From Candidatus Nanopelagicales bacterium (GTDB lineage Bacteria; Actinomycetota; Actinomycetes; S36-B12; UBA5976), in contig DAIRCR010000003.1 of the NCBI GenBank assembly GCA_036796575.1, forward strand, positions 161,359-225,358: DNA of 64,000 nt. Direction: 5' to 3'. A program made the translations under genes and the position numbers. The notes under the pieces were generated by a model that was given only the letters and a program-made list of their open reading frames with translations, did not search any database and was not told where the DNA came from. Below are positions 32,171 to 43,126 of this stretch, piece after piece; positions within the stretch are counted from its first letter, which is position 1; each line of letters begins with the position of its first letter.

Positions 32171-32965
32171 ATGAGTCTTGACGGAAGAGCAGTATTAGAT
32201 GCTCAAGATATTCGCGTTGAATTCGGTGGCTTGGTTGCCGTCGACGACGTGTCATTCACTATTCCAGAAGGATCAATCGTTTCTCTGATTGGACCTAACG
32301 GTGCGGGAAAGACAACATTCTTCAACGTTCTTACCGGTTTATACAAGCCAACAAGTGGTGCAGTGATTTTCGACAATGTTGAAATCACAGGTGACCCAGT
32401 GCATGAAATCGCTTCGGCAGGGTTGGCCCGCACTTTCCAAAACATTCGCCTGTTCGGCCTGATGACTGCCCAGGAAAATGTCATGGTTGCAATGCATTCC
32501 AAGATTAAGGCAGGCGTCTTCGCGACTATCTTCCGCACCAAAAAGCAGAAGGCAGAAGAAGCCGAGGCACGTCGCTTTGCCCAAGAACTTCTTGATTATG
32601 TTGGCATTGGTGATGTGACAAATGAATACGCACGAAATCTGTCATACGGTGATCAGCGTCGTCTAGAGGTTGCGCGTGCCTTAGCACTACGTCCGAAGGT
32701 GCTACTTCTCGATGAACCAACAGCAGGCATGAACCCTAATGAATCTGCGGCATTCGTTGACTTTGTGCGCAAGCTCAAGGCAGATAAGGGAATTAGTATT
32801 CTTCTTATCGAGCACGACATGAGCGTCGTTATGCAGGTTTCAGAGCGCATTACGGTTCTAGACCAGGGGCAAAAGATTGCTGAAGGTTCACCTGCTGAAA
32901 TTAAGTCCAACTCAAGAGTTATTGAAGCCTACTTAGGTAAGAGCGGATCGGAGGCGAGCAAGTAA
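32171..32965 (+). CDS. livG: Branched-chain amino-acid ABC ATPase LivG
   Basis: It has Walker A GPNGAGKTT, the signature LSYGDQRRLEVARAL and Walker B LLLDEP. Confidence 0.9.
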   Translation: MSLDGRAVLDAQDIRVEFGGLVAVDDVSFTIPEGSIVSLIGPNGAGKTTFFNVLTGLYKPTSGAVIFDNVEITGDPVHEIASAGLARTFQNIRLFGLMTAQENVMVAMHSKIKAGVFATIFRTKKQKAEEAEARRFAQELLDYVGIGDVTNEYARNLSYGDQRRLEVARALALRPKVLLLDEPTAGMNPNESAAFVDFVRKLKADKGISILLIEHDMSVVMQVSERITVLDQGQKIAEGSPAEIKSNSRVIEAYLGKSGSEASK

Positions 32966-33693
32966 TGGCACGTTTAAACACTCCTGTAATGCTCAAAATC
33001 AACGACTTAACTGTTGGTTACGGCGCGATCACGGCAGTCAAGGGTCTTACTCTTGAAGTCCGTGAAGGCGAGATTGTTTCACTTATCGGTTCTAATGGTG
33101 CCGGCAAGTCAACAACCTTGCGAACAGTCAGTGGCTTGTTGAAGCCAAAGACTGGAAGCATTGAGTTTCTCGGTGAAAAGATTGATGGAGTTGCTGGTCA
33201 CGAGATCGTGGCCAAGGGCATCTGCCATTCTCCTGAAGGTCGACGCATCTTCCCAAAAATGACGGTGGATGAAAACCTTGATTTAGGTGCTTTCTTGCGT
33301 AAGGATACAGCTGCCGTTAAGGAAACGCGTGAACGTGTCTTGCAGTTATTCCCGCGCCTACAAGAGCGAATTAATCAGAAGGCTGGCACGATGTCCGGCG
33401 GTGAGCAACAGATGCTCGCAGTTGGACGCGCCCTCATGGGGGATCCAAAATTGCTTATTTTGGATGAACCGTCAATGGGTCTAGCCCCGGTTTTAGTGGA
33501 TCTCATTTTTGAAACAATTGAAGAGATTCGTAAGTCGGGTGTGACAGTTCTTTTGGTCGAGCAGAATGCATTGGCTGCCCTTCGTATCGCTGACTATGCG
33601 TATGTGCTGGAATCTGGTCACCTAAAGCTTGAGGGTGAGGGCTCTAAGTTAGCTGATGATCCAGCCATCGCGCAGGCTTACCTGGGCGGTTAA
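32965..33693 (+). CDS. livF: Branched-chain amino-acid ABC ATPase LivF
   Basis: It has Walker A GSNGAGKST, the signature MSGGEQQMLAVGRAL and Walker B LILDEP. Confidence 0.9.
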   Translation: MARLNTPVMLKINDLTVGYGAITAVKGLTLEVREGEIVSLIGSNGAGKSTTLRTVSGLLKPKTGSIEFLGEKIDGVAGHEIVAKGICHSPEGRRIFPKMTVDENLDLGAFLRKDTAAVKETRERVLQLFPRLQERINQKAGTMSGGEQQMLAVGRALMGDPKLLILDEPSMGLAPVLVDLIFETIEEIRKSGVTVLLVEQNALAALRIADYAYVLESGHLKLEGEGSKLADDPAIAQAYLGG

Positions 33694-33699
33694 GAATTC

Positions 33700-33741
33700 A
33701 AAAAAAGAAACCCTGCCATGTTGGCAGGGTTTCTTTTTTTG
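33700..33741. terminator. Bidirectional intrinsic terminator
   Basis: AAAAAAAGAAACCCTGCCA-TGT-TGGCAGGGTTTCTTTTTTT is a GC-cored stem flanked by an A-tract and a T-tract. It lies between convergent livF and the DUF554 gene. Confidence 0.9.
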
Positions 33742-33747
33742 CTTAGG

Positions 33748-34473
33748 TTAGGCGACTAAGGCGACCAGCAGTGGCGCGATAACCAGTGCGGGCAACATGT
33801 TGCCAACTGGAATCTGGCGAATGTTTAGTAAGCGTAATGAGATACCTAGGATCAGCAATCCTCCAGTTGCGGTTAGCATCAACACTTGAACTTCAGACAT
33901 GAAGTTGCCGAGTGCATAGCCAAGGGCGGTCAAGCTTCCTTGAAATACCAGAATAGTCAAAGCTGATGCTGCTACACCCCAACCAAATACTGAAGCGAAT
34001 GCGATGGCAGCAAAGAAGTCCAGAGTTGATTTAAGTACCAGGATTTCATTTCCGCCACCAAGTCCATCGGTGATTGGCCCTAGAACTGACATAGCGCCAA
34101 CGCAAAACAACAGGGACGCGGCCACAAATCCTTCAGTGAACTTGGACGAACCATCATTTGAGAACTGTGCCTTGAGGCGATCTCCAGCGCGTTCAAGTCG
34201 TTCTTCAATTTGCATGGCTGTTCCCAGCATTCCACCGACGACAATGCTTGCTAGAACTATCAAGACTGGCCAACCAGCGCCAAGAGTTTCACTTAGCAGC
34301 GGATCAGTAATTGAAGCGCAAGTCAGAACTGCAATCATTCCAGTGACTAATCCAAGTCCGTCCGTGACTACATCACGAATCTTTTCGGTTAACCGGTGCG
34401 CAATAAAGACACCCAATGTGGAGCCAATTAAGACTGCAATGATGTTGATGACCGTGCCAGACCCAAGAAACAT
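33748..34473 (-). CDS. DUF554-family membrane protein (YdfK/YqgA-like)
   Basis: The 241-aa hydrophobic protein begins MFLGSGTVINIIAVLIGSTLG, which is typical of DUF554. Confidence 0.65.
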   Translation of the reverse strand: MFLGSGTVINIIAVLIGSTLGVFIAHRLTEKIRDVVTDGLGLVTGMIAVLTCASITDPLLSETLGAGWPVLIVLASIVVGGMLGTAMQIEERLERAGDRLKAQFSNDGSSKFTEGFVAASLLFCVGAMSVLGPITDGLGGGNEILVLKSTLDFFAAIAFASVFGWGVAASALTILVFQGSLTALGYALGNFMSEVQVLMLTATGGLLILGISLRLLNIRQIPVGNMLPALVIAPLLVALVA

Positions 34474-34503
34474 GGAATTACTCTCTCATAAAGCGACTAT
34501 GTA

Positions 34504-34911
34504 CTAAGCAAGATCGCGAAGTAGACAAGTTAAGCGAGCAGTACAGATTCGCTTGTCTCGTTCATCAGTAATAACTACTTCGTACACTGCAATAGTGCGA
34601 CCAAGGCTTAATGGGGTAGCAGTTCCAGTTACCTGACCACTGGTTGCGCTTCGATGGTGTGTGCCATTGATGTCTATTCCAACCACACTTCTAGTTGGTC
34701 CCGCATGTAGGTGGGCGCCAACTGAGCCGAGAGTTTCTGCCAGCGCCATAGAAGCGCCGCCATTGAGCAATCCAAACGGTTGAGTGTTTCCCTCAACTGG
34801 CATATGCCCAACCACCTTATTGGCGGTGGCAAAACTCACAGTAATCCCCATTCTTTCGGCCATCGCACCAATTGCGACGTCGCTTGCTTGGTTCTCTTGG
34901 TTCGAGCTCAT
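34504..34911 (-). CDS. PaaI/hotdog-fold acyl-CoA thioesterase
   Basis: The ~135-aa product has the hotdog signature LLNGGASMALAETLGS. I prefer ATG 34911 over the ORF-track start at 34947, which would overlap divergent polA. Confidence 0.7.
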   Translation of the reverse strand: MSSNQENQASDVAIGAMAERMGITVSFATANKVVGHMPVEGNTQPFGLLNGGASMALAETLGSVGAHLHAGPTRSVVGIDINGTHHRSATSGQVTGTATPLSLGRTIAVYEVVITDERDKRICTARLTCLLRDLA

Positions 34912-34934
34912 GGGTACCCCTCTAGGATCAATAC

Positions 34935-37679
34935 GTGGCTGATACATCTAAGTTTCTCATTTTGGACGGTCACTCGCTTGCCTATCGAGCGTTTCATGGA
35001 CTGCCAGTCGAAAACTTTGCCACCAGCTCTGGTCAACACACCAATGCGGTTTATGGGTTTGTGTCCATGTTGGTCAATGTTCTAAAAGATCAGAAGCCTT
35101 CACATTTAGTGGTTGCCTTTGACATCTCTCGCCAAACTTTCCGAAGCGAAAGATATCCAGATTACAAAGCTACCCGAGCAAAGTCGCCTCCTGAATTCAA
35201 AGGTCAAGTCGAACTGATCAAACAAGTACTTGAATCCTTGAATATCGCTGTGGTTACCGCAGAGGGATTCGAAGCTGATGACATTCTGGCCACATTAGCC
35301 AAGAGCTGTGACTTTCCAGTACAGATTGTCAGTGGTGATCGTGACTCATTCCAACTAATTGATGACCGAGTAACCATTCTTTACCCTCGAAAGGGTATGT
35401 CGGATTTAGTTCACATGACGCCAGATGCTGTTTTTGAAAAGTATGGCGTCACACCGAAGCAGTATCGATCTTTGGCTGCCTTGGTTGGGGAAAGTAGTGA
35501 CAACCTGCCAGGTGTTCCGGGTGTTGGTCCAAAGACAGCTGCTAAGTGGATTGCCGAATTCGGCGAACTCGAAAAGATTCTTGCCGTTGCTGAATCTATT
35601 GGTGGGAAAGTTGGCGAAGCCTTGCGCGCCAATTTGGATCAGGTAAAACTCAACTACGAACTAAATCGCTTAGTTGAAGATGCGCCAGTTGATAAGGCAA
35701 TAGCCAGTTATGAAAAGCGTGGATATGACGCCAGCGTTGTTCATGCCACGCTTGACGCACTTGAATTCTCGGCCCTGCGACCTAGGTTGTTTGCAGCCTG
35801 GCCGAGTGGAGATGAATCTGGTTCAACTTCGGTGAGTACTAAGGCAGCAGGATCGGACAGCTCAACGCAAACAAAGGTGTCCGATAAAGCAGCTAAAGCT
35901 CAAAGCAAATCTGATGCGGCCGCCGAAGGTTTTGAAGTCGTCACAAAAAAGGTCAACGAAACGGATCTAGGCAAGTGGCTTAAGTCAGCTGGCACACCGA
36001 TCGCGGTTGCTACAACAGGACATTGGGGCAGCGGTTCAGGACACATTGAAGCACTGGCGTTCGTCAATAGTTCAGGTGAGTCAGTCTGGTGCGCTGCAGT
36101 CGAGGGTGGCGAAACACTGGTTAACTGGCTGGCAAGTTCGGCAGACAAGATCTTTCACGATGCCAAGGGATCAATGCTGGCGTTCAATGCAATGGGAACC
36201 CCACTCAACGGCGTTACGTTCGACACTGCCATCGCTTCGTATTTAGTGTCACCTGGTGGCAGAAATTTTGAGTTAGCCGATTTAGTTATGCGCTACCTGG
36301 GTAAGTCACTTGATGCTGATCCATCCGAATCAAGCGCACAACTCTCGCTCGATTCTTCACTTGATATTTCCGGAGAGGCTTTAGCTAAGAACGCTCGAGC
36401 AACTTTGGACCTGAGTGAATTTCTGAAACTTGAATTACAAAAGCGTGGTGGCGAGAGTCTCTTTAATCAAGTAGAGATGCCCCTAGTTCCATTATTAGCT
36501 GAAATGGAAGCCTTTGGAATTGCCGTTGATGTTAAGGCGCTCAGGAAGCTGGAAGCCAGTTTTGAGGCCGATGCTGCGCAGGCAGTAAAGCAGGCACACG
36601 ATTCAGTCGGCCATGAATTCAATCTCGGTTCACCTAAACAACTGCAAGAAGTTCTGTTTGAAGAACGTGGATTACCAAAGACGAAGAAGATTAAAACTGG
36701 TTACACAACTGATGCAGAATCGCTGCTTGGTCTATTAGCAAAGTTTCCAGATGATGAGTTGCTCACTGCGCTACTTCGATATCGTGAAGTGATCAAACTC
36801 AAGCAAACTGTTACTGGATTGCTTGCTGCTGTTCAGTCTGATAATCGAATTCACACCAGTTTCAATCAGATGGTCGCGGCAACCGGTCGACTATCCAGCA
36901 CCGAACCTAATCTGCAAAATATTCCAATTCGTACTAATGAAGGTTTTGCGATTCGTGGCACATTTGTGGTTGGTAAAGATTTCGAAACGCTGCTTACTGC
37001 TGACTACAGCCAAATTGAATTGCGCGTAATGGCACACCTATCAAATGATCCAGGTTTAATTGCAGCGCTTAAGACTGGGGAAGATTTACACACCACGGTT
37101 GGATCTCAAGTTTTTGGTGTCCCGCCAGAAAAAGTTGATGCTGATATGCGTCGACAAATCAAGGCCATGTCATATGGATTGGCCTATGGGCTTTCGGCAT
37201 ATGGCTTAGCTCAGCAATTAAGTATCAGCAATGATCAAGCAAAGTCACTTATGAATACTTACTTCGAAAGATTTGGTGGCGTCCGGGATTACTTGGCTAA
37301 CGTCGTAGTTGAAGCTCGAAAGCTGGGTTACACCGAATCAATTATGGGGCGCCGACGGTATCTTCCAGACTTGAATAGTGATAACCGACAGTTACGAGAA
37401 ATGGCAGAGCGCATGGCGCTGAATGCTCCGATCCAAGGATCGGCTGCTGACCTCGTCAAGGTTGCGATGCTTCAGGTTGATGCTGCGCTTAAAACTGCTG
37501 GCGTTAAATCAAGATTGCTCCTGCAAGTTCATGACGAACTAGTCATCGAGGTGGCCAAGGGTGAGCTTGGGCAAGTGACTGAGTTGGTTGTACAAAACAT
37601 GGGTGCTGTAGGGGATTTGTCGGTGCCTATGGAGGTTTCCACGGGAATCGGCACCTCCTGGGCCAGTGCGGGTCACTAA
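34935..37679 (+). CDS. polA: DNA polymerase I
   Basis: It has a 5' nuclease N-terminus (LILDGHSLAYRAF) and polymerase motifs DYSQIELRVMAHLS and LLLQVHDELV. The product is 914 aa. Confidence 0.96.
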   Translation: MADTSKFLILDGHSLAYRAFHGLPVENFATSSGQHTNAVYGFVSMLVNVLKDQKPSHLVVAFDISRQTFRSERYPDYKATRAKSPPEFKGQVELIKQVLESLNIAVVTAEGFEADDILATLAKSCDFPVQIVSGDRDSFQLIDDRVTILYPRKGMSDLVHMTPDAVFEKYGVTPKQYRSLAALVGESSDNLPGVPGVGPKTAAKWIAEFGELEKILAVAESIGGKVGEALRANLDQVKLNYELNRLVEDAPVDKAIASYEKRGYDASVVHATLDALEFSALRPRLFAAWPSGDESGSTSVSTKAAGSDSSTQTKVSDKAAKAQSKSDAAAEGFEVVTKKVNETDLGKWLKSAGTPIAVATTGHWGSGSGHIEALAFVNSSGESVWCAAVEGGETLVNWLASSADKIFHDAKGSMLAFNAMGTPLNGVTFDTAIASYLVSPGGRNFELADLVMRYLGKSLDADPSESSAQLSLDSSLDISGEALAKNARATLDLSEFLKLELQKRGGESLFNQVEMPLVPLLAEMEAFGIAVDVKALRKLEASFEADAAQAVKQAHDSVGHEFNLGSPKQLQEVLFEERGLPKTKKIKTGYTTDAESLLGLLAKFPDDELLTALLRYREVIKLKQTVTGLLAAVQSDNRIHTSFNQMVAATGRLSSTEPNLQNIPIRTNEGFAIRGTFVVGKDFETLLTADYSQIELRVMAHLSNDPGLIAALKTGEDLHTTVGSQVFGVPPEKVDADMRRQIKAMSYGLAYGLSAYGLAQQLSISNDQAKSLMNTYFERFGGVRDYLANVVVEARKLGYTESIMGRRRYLPDLNSDNRQLREMAERMALNAPIQGSAADLVKVAMLQVDAALKTAGVKSRLLLQVHDELVIEVAKGELGQVTELVVQNMGAVGDLSVPMEVSTGIGTSWASAGH

Positions 37680-37837
37680 ACCCATTGAAATAGGGCATAT
37701 CGGTTTTGACCCAGCATTAGCGGGTGCCTATCCTTAGAAGGTTGCCATTTGCCCAAGGACAGACCTAGTTCCACGGGATCCGCAAGGAAAGAATGCAACA
37801 TCCGCACTATTTCTATCCGCATCGAGGCAATAACTTA

Positions 37838-39289
37838 ATGACTGTCACTACTGACAAGAGCAACTTCTCCACCGTCGACGATTTCGCATCAGCCGAAGAA
37901 TTTATGGCCGCAGTCGACGCCACAATTAAGCCATTTAACGACGGTGACATCGTCGAAGGCATCGTAGTAAAAGTTAGTCGAGACGAAGTTCTCGTTGACA
38001 TCGGCTACAAGACCGAAGGAATTATCCCTTCTCGTGAACTAAGCATCAAGCACGACATCGATCCCAACGAAGTTGTAACTGTTGGCGATGTCATTGAAGC
38101 TCTTGTTCTACAGAAGGAAGATAAAGAAGGTCAACTTATTCTTTCCAAGAAGCGCGCACAGTACGAACGCGCATGGGGATCGATCGAAAAGATCAAGGAA
38201 GAAGATGGCGTCGTTACCGGCACCGTCATCGAAGTCGTCAAGGGCGGCTTGATCATGGACATCGGTCTTCGTGGCTTCTTGCCAGCTTCACTTGTTGAAA
38301 TGCGTCGCGTCCGTGACCTAGCGCCATACATTGGCAAGCAAATCGAAGCCAAGATCATCGAGCTAGACAAGAACCGCAACAACGTTGTGCTTTCTCGTCG
38401 CGCTTACCTAGAACAGTCACAGAGTGCAGTTCGTCACGGCTTCTTGAATCAGCTTGAAAAGGGACAGATCCGAAAGGGCGTTGTCTCCAGCATTGTTAAC
38501 TTCGGTGCCTTCGTTGATCTTGGTGGCGTAGACGGTCTAGTCCACGTTTCTGAACTTTCATGGGAGCACGTAGATCACCCATCAAAGGTTGTCGAAGTAG
38601 GGCAAGAAGTAACTGTTGAGGTTCTAGAAGTAGATTTCGATCGCGAACGCGTTTCGCTTTCCTTGAAGTCAACTCAGGAAGATCCATGGCAGCACTTTGC
38701 TCGTACCCACACAATGGGTCAGGTAGTTCCAGGTGAAGTTACCAAACTAGTTCCATTCGGTGCTTTCGTTCGTGTTAGCGATGGCATTGAAGGCCTAGTT
38801 CACATCTCTGAACTTGCTGGTCGTCACGTAGAAATTCCAGAACAGGTTGTTCAGGTTGGTGACTCGACCTTCGTGAAGGTTATTGACATCGATCTAGAGC
38901 GTCGTCGTATCTCACTTTCGTTGCGTCAAGCAAACGAAGATGTAGATGCAGATGAGCCAGACTCATTCGATGCTGGCCTCTACGGCATGAATCAGTATGA
39001 CGAAAACGGAAACTACATCTACCCTGAGGGCTTCGACCCAGACACCAACGAATGGTTGCCAGGTCACGAAGAAAAGAAGGCGGAATGGGAAGCTCAGTAC
39101 GCTGCAGCGCATGCTAAGTGGGAAGCTCACAAGCTTGCTGTGGGCGAGTCAAAGAAGGCTGATGCAGCGGCCAGCGCTGATGCAGAAGTTCCAACTTCTT
39201 ACTCCGGTGAATCAACATCCGAAGGAACACTTTCCGAAGATGCTGGCCTACAGGCACTAAGAACAGAATTGGCTGACAAAGCCGAATAA
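37838..39289 (+). CDS. rpsA: 30S ribosomal protein S1
   Basis: It has four S1 repeats (GxVxxVxxFGAFVDLGG type) and an acidic C-terminal tail. I prefer ATG 37838 over the ORF-track start at 37793. Confidence 0.95.
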   Translation: MTVTTDKSNFSTVDDFASAEEFMAAVDATIKPFNDGDIVEGIVVKVSRDEVLVDIGYKTEGIIPSRELSIKHDIDPNEVVTVGDVIEALVLQKEDKEGQLILSKKRAQYERAWGSIEKIKEEDGVVTGTVIEVVKGGLIMDIGLRGFLPASLVEMRRVRDLAPYIGKQIEAKIIELDKNRNNVVLSRRAYLEQSQSAVRHGFLNQLEKGQIRKGVVSSIVNFGAFVDLGGVDGLVHVSELSWEHVDHPSKVVEVGQEVTVEVLEVDFDRERVSLSLKSTQEDPWQHFARTHTMGQVVPGEVTKLVPFGAFVRVSDGIEGLVHISELAGRHVEIPEQVVQVGDSTFVKVIDIDLERRRISLSLRQANEDVDADEPDSFDAGLYGMNQYDENGNYIYPEGFDPDTNEWLPGHEEKKAEWEAQYAAAHAKWEAHKLAVGESKKADAAASADAEVPTSYSGESTSEGTLSEDAGLQALRTELADKAE

Positions 39290-39299
39290 TTCAAACTAG

Positions 39300-39336
39300 A
39301 AAAAGCGGTTGCCATTGACTTGATAGCCGCTTTTTC
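39300..39336 (+). terminator. Probable intrinsic terminator after rpsA
   Basis: AAAAAGCGGTT...AGCCGCTTTTT is an ~11-bp stem including A/T-tract pairs, with a large loop, followed by a T-run. Confidence 0.55.
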
Positions 39337-39381
39337 TATTCTCAAAGCCTGTAATTGTAATTGAGCCAATAGGGTAGTGAC

Positions 39382-39963
39382 GTGTACCTAGGACTTTCTG
39401 GCGGAATCGGCAGCGGAAAATCAACGGTTGCCAAAATCCTGTCCAATTTGGGTGCAGTAGTTATTGATGCAGATGTCATTGCCAGGAAAGTGCTGGAGCC
39501 GGCCCAAGCTGGTTATCAAAGAGCGATTGAAGTGTTCGGGGAATCCATTTTGGACAGCGACCGAAAAATCGATCGAAAAAAGCTCGCAGAACGTGTGTTT
39601 CAAAACTCCGAAGAGCTAGCGAAACTAGAGGCGATTGTTCACCCTGCGGTGATTGCCCGAGTAGCGCAAATTCGTAACTCGCTTCCAGAATCAACTGTTG
39701 TGGTTTACGACACCCCGTTGTTGTTTGAAAAGAATCTGCAAGGGCAATTCGACAAGGTTTTGATAGTCGTAACTGATTCTGAGCATCGAAAAGCACGTCT
39801 GATCGAGCGTGGCTTAGAGATAACTGACATTGAAGCCAGAATCGCGAACCAGGCAACCGATGCCCAGCGCCGAACTGTCGCTGACTTTGTGATTGAGAAC
39901 AATGGCACACCCGAACAGTTGCAAGACCAAGTCACCAAGGTCTGGCAACAAATTTCAGCGTAG
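39382..39963 (+). CDS. coaE: Dephospho-CoA kinase (short form, no C-terminal GrpB/UPF0157 domain)
   Basis: It has the P-loop GLSGGIGSGKST and lies in the rpsA-coaE-uvrB order. It has a GTG start. Confidence 0.9.
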   Translation: MYLGLSGGIGSGKSTVAKILSNLGAVVIDADVIARKVLEPAQAGYQRAIEVFGESILDSDRKIDRKKLAERVFQNSEELAKLEAIVHPAVIARVAQIRNSLPESTVVVYDTPLLFEKNLQGQFDKVLIVVTDSEHRKARLIERGLEITDIEARIANQATDAQRRTVADFVIENNGTPEQLQDQVTKVWQQISA

Positions 39964-39972
39964 TCTTGAGTT

Positions 39973-42048
39973 ATGACCCGCCCGATTACCGACTTGCAAC
40001 GAACCGTTGCACCATTTGAAGTAATCAGCGAATTCGTCCCAGCCGGCGATCAGCCTGCAGCCATTACTGAAATTGAAAAACGAATCCGCAACGGCGACAA
40101 AAACGTGGTGTTGCTTGGTGCAACTGGTACCGGAAAGAGCGCAACTACAGCTTGGCTAATTGAGCGGTTACAACGTCCGACCTTGGTCCTAGCGCCGAAT
40201 AAGACATTGGCTGCGCAGCTTGCAAATGAATTTCGCGAACTGTTGCCCAATAATGCCGTTGAGTACTTTGTGTCCTATTACGACTACTACCAACCAGAGG
40301 CCTACATCCCACAGAGTGACACATTTATTGAAAAGGATTCATCAGTCAACGAGGAAGTAGAAAGACTGCGTCACAGTGCAACCAACAGCCTGTTAACTCG
40401 ACGCGACGTAATTGTGGTAGCCAGTGTCTCTTGTATTTATGGTTTAGGCACCCCACAGGAGTATGTAGATCGTATGGTTCGCCTTAAAGTCGGCGAGAGC
40501 ATTGACCGTGACTCTTTACTTCGGCGTTTAGTTGACATCCAATACAACCGCAATGACATCGCATTTACCCGTGGCACATTCCGAGTTCGGGGCGACACCA
40601 TCGAGGTTTACCCAGTTTACGAAGAACATCCAGTTCGCATTGAGATGTTTGGTGATGAGATCGAGCGCTTGATGTCACTTCATCCAGTTACTGGTGAGAT
40701 CCTCACTGACGATAATGAGATTTACATTTTTCCAGCTTCTCATTACACCGCGGGCCCAGAGCGAATGAATAGAGCCATCTCTGCGATCGAAGCAGAAGTT
40801 GCTATCCGAATTCCTGAACTAGAGAGTCAAGGCAAGCTACTTGAAGCCCAACGCATCAAGATGCGTACTTCCTATGACATTGAAATGATGCAGAATCTGG
40901 GATTCTGTTCTGGTATTGAAAACTATTCACGGCACATAGATGGCCGTGAAGCTGGCTCAGCTCCAAACTGTCTGCTCGACTATTTCCCCGAAGATTTCCT
41001 GCTGGTAATCGATGAGAGTCACGTAACCGTGCCACAGATTGGCGCCATGTACGAAGGTGATGCATCGCGTAAGCGAACTCTGGTTGAACACGGGTTCCGG
41101 TTACCTAGTGCCATGGATAATCGACCGCTTAAATGGCCCGAGTTTCTTGAGCGCGTTGGTCAAACCGTTTATCTATCGGCAACACCTGGACCATTTGAGC
41201 TAGGCGTTGTTAACAATGATGTGGTCGAACAAGTTATTCGTCCAACTGGACTTGTAGATCCAGAAATCATTGTTAAGCCAAGCAAGGGTCAAATTGATGA
41301 TCTGATTCATGAAATTAGATTGCGCGCTGCCAATGGCACTCGGGTCCTTGTCACAACACTCACCAAGAAAATGTCTGAAGACCTAACGGACTATTTGCTG
41401 GAACAGGGAATTCGAGTGCGTTACTTGCACTCTGAGGTAGACACGTTGCGACGAGTTGAGTTACTTCGCGAATTAAGGCTAGGGGAGTACGACGTTCTGA
41501 TTGGAATTAACTTGCTACGCGAAGGCTTGGACTTACCTGAAGTCTCATTGGTTGCAATTCTGGATGCAGACAAAGAGGGCTTCCTACGTAGTCACCGCAG
41601 CTTAATCCAAACCATTGGCCGTGCCGCTAGAAATGTTTCTGGTGAAGTCCATATGTATGCCGACAAAATCACGGACTCTATGCGAGTTGCAATTGATGAA
41701 ACAAATCGTCGGCGAGAAAAGCAAGTTGCCTACAACTTAGAGCATGGCCTCGATCCACAGCCGTTGCGGAAGAAGATCGCTGACATCACAGACCTCATCA
41801 CCCGAGAAGATGATGACACGGAATTGTTTATGGCTGATCAAAAGTCAGGCGTAAGAGTTCCAACTTCAGTCAGGGAGAGCTTGCGTAGTATTCCGGCTCG
41901 AGATTTGGGTGATTTGATTGACCAGCTTTCCGAACAAATGCATACAGCAGCCAGTGAATTGCAGTTTGAGCTGGCGGCAAGATTGCGCGATGAAATTCAT
42001 GAACTTAAGAAAGAATTGCGCCAAATGGCGCAGGCTGGTCACGCCTAG
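39973..42048 (+). CDS. uvrB: Excinuclease ABC subunit B
   Basis: It has Walker A GATGTGKS, the beta-hairpin region [14 protein letters not shown] and a C-terminal UVR motif ([16 protein letters not shown]). Confidence 0.97.
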   Translation: MTRPITDLQRTVAPFEVISEFVPAGDQPAAITEIEKRIRNGDKNVVLLGATGTGKSATTAWLIERLQRPTLVLAPNKTLAAQLANEFRELLPNNAVEYFVSYYDYYQPEAYIPQSDTFIEKDSSVNEEVERLRHSATNSLLTRRDVIVVASVSCIYGLGTPQEYVDRMVRLKVGESIDRDSLLRRLVDIQYNRNDIAFTRGTFRVRGDTIEVYPVYEEHPVRIEMFGDEIERLMSLHPVTGEILTDDNEIYIFPASHYTAGPERMNRAISAIEAEVAIRIPELESQGKLLEAQRIKMRTSYDIEMMQNLGFCSGIENYSRHIDGREAGSAPNCLLDYFPEDFLLVIDESHVTVPQIGAMYEGDASRKRTLVEHGFRLPSAMDNRPLKWPEFLERVGQTVYLSATPGPFELGVVNNDVVEQVIRPTGLVDPEIIVKPSKGQIDDLIHEIRLRAANGTRVLVTTLTKKMSEDLTDYLLEQGIRVRYLHSEVDTLRRVELLRELRLGEYDVLIGINLLREGLDLPEVSLVAILDADKEGFLRSHRSLIQTIGRAARNVSGEVHMYADKITDSMRVAIDETNRRREKQVAYNLEHGLDPQPLRKKIADITDLITREDDDTELFMADQKSGVRVPTSVRESLRSIPARDLGDLIDQLSEQMHTAASELQFELAARLRDEIHELKKELRQMAQAGHA

Positions 42049-42076
42049 ATATGCCGATCATCGCTATGGTTGACCA

Positions 42077-43117
42077 ATGAACGTATCAACCACAATCTGG
42101 ATTGCCACAATTGGAATTCTCATTGCCGCATTTGTACTGGACTTTGTAGTAGTTGATGCAAGGCCGCACGTCTTCGGACCAAAGCAAGCGGCTCGCTGGG
42201 TAGTGGCCTACATAATTGCAGCGCTATGTTTTGCGGTTTTTGTTTGGAACTATTTCGGAGCTGAGTACGGACAACAGTTCTTGGCAGGCTGGATAACTGA
42301 GTACAGTCTTTCGGTTGATAATTTGTTTGTGTTTCTCGTTCTCATGTCTTCATTCGCAGTTCCGGAAATGCTTAAGCACCGAGTGTTATTGATTGGTGTG
42401 GCGATAGCAATCGTGCTTCGAGGAATTCTAATTGTGATTGGCGCAGCAGCAATCGCTAAGTTTGCAGCGACTTTCTATGTATTTGCTGCGTTCCTTCTCT
42501 ACACCGCGATTTCAGTCTGGAGATCACATGACGAAGAGCCGGACCCGGAGGGTAACGGGTTTGTCCGCTTGGTTGAAAAGTATGTTCCCACTTCACGGGA
42601 ATACGTTGGCGCTAAATACATCACAAAAATTGATGGCAAGCGATTCATTACTCCGTTATTTGTGGTGATTCTTGCTGTGGGCACCACAGATCTATTGTTC
42701 GCTCTTGATTCGATTCCAGCAGTGTTCGGCCTTACTCAGGAGCCATATTTAGTTTTTGCTGCCAATGCTTTTGCTTTGATGGGATTGCGACAGCTGTATT
42801 TCTTGTTGGACGGCCTGCTATCCAAGATCATTTACCTGGCGCGTGGTTTAGCCATAATCCTTGGATTCATCGCCATTAAGCTGTTTTTGGAGGCGGTCGA
42901 TGGGACTACAGACCTGCATCCGCCACATGTGACAATCGCCCAATCATTGATGTTTATTGGAACCGTTTTAGGGGTAACAGTAATCACAAGTCTCATTGCA
43001 GTGCGTCGTTCCCCAGAATTGGCCCTTCAGTCTGAGATTTCACATGCAATGGAAGAGTCAAAGGAACACCAGGGAGAAGCCATCGAGCATCTCGGATCCG
43101 AAGACCCTAAAGCTTAA
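42077..43117 (+). CDS. TerC-family integral membrane protein (paralogue 1)
   Basis: It has the TerC signatures EYSLSVDNLFVF and DLLFALDSIPAVFG. The product is 346 aa. Confidence 0.85.
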   Translation: MNVSTTIWIATIGILIAAFVLDFVVVDARPHVFGPKQAARWVVAYIIAALCFAVFVWNYFGAEYGQQFLAGWITEYSLSVDNLFVFLVLMSSFAVPEMLKHRVLLIGVAIAIVLRGILIVIGAAAIAKFAATFYVFAAFLLYTAISVWRSHDEEPDPEGNGFVRLVEKYVPTSREYVGAKYITKIDGKRFITPLFVVILAVGTTDLLFALDSIPAVFGLTQEPYLVFAANAFALMGLRQLYFLLDGLLSKIIYLARGLAIILGFIAIKLFLEAVDGTTDLHPPHVTIAQSLMFIGTVLGVTVITSLIAVRRSPELALQSEISHAMEESKEHQGEAIEHLGSEDPKA

Positions 43118-43126
43118 GGAAATCAA

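Noticed and set aside
35800-35935. A low-complexity Ser/Thr/Ala/Lys linker in PolA, and similar linkers in FtsK (about 15300-15720) and the ParA-like N-terminus, might be inserted elements.
   Set aside because: They are in frame, sit at known inter-domain boundaries and are typical of disordered actinobacterial linkers. There is no repeat or mobile signature.
42049-42076. I expected a yybP-ykoY (Mn) riboswitch in front of the TerC genes.
   Set aside because: Only 28 nt separate the uvrB stop from the first TerC start, and only 9 nt precede the second. There is no room for a ~100-nt riboswitch.
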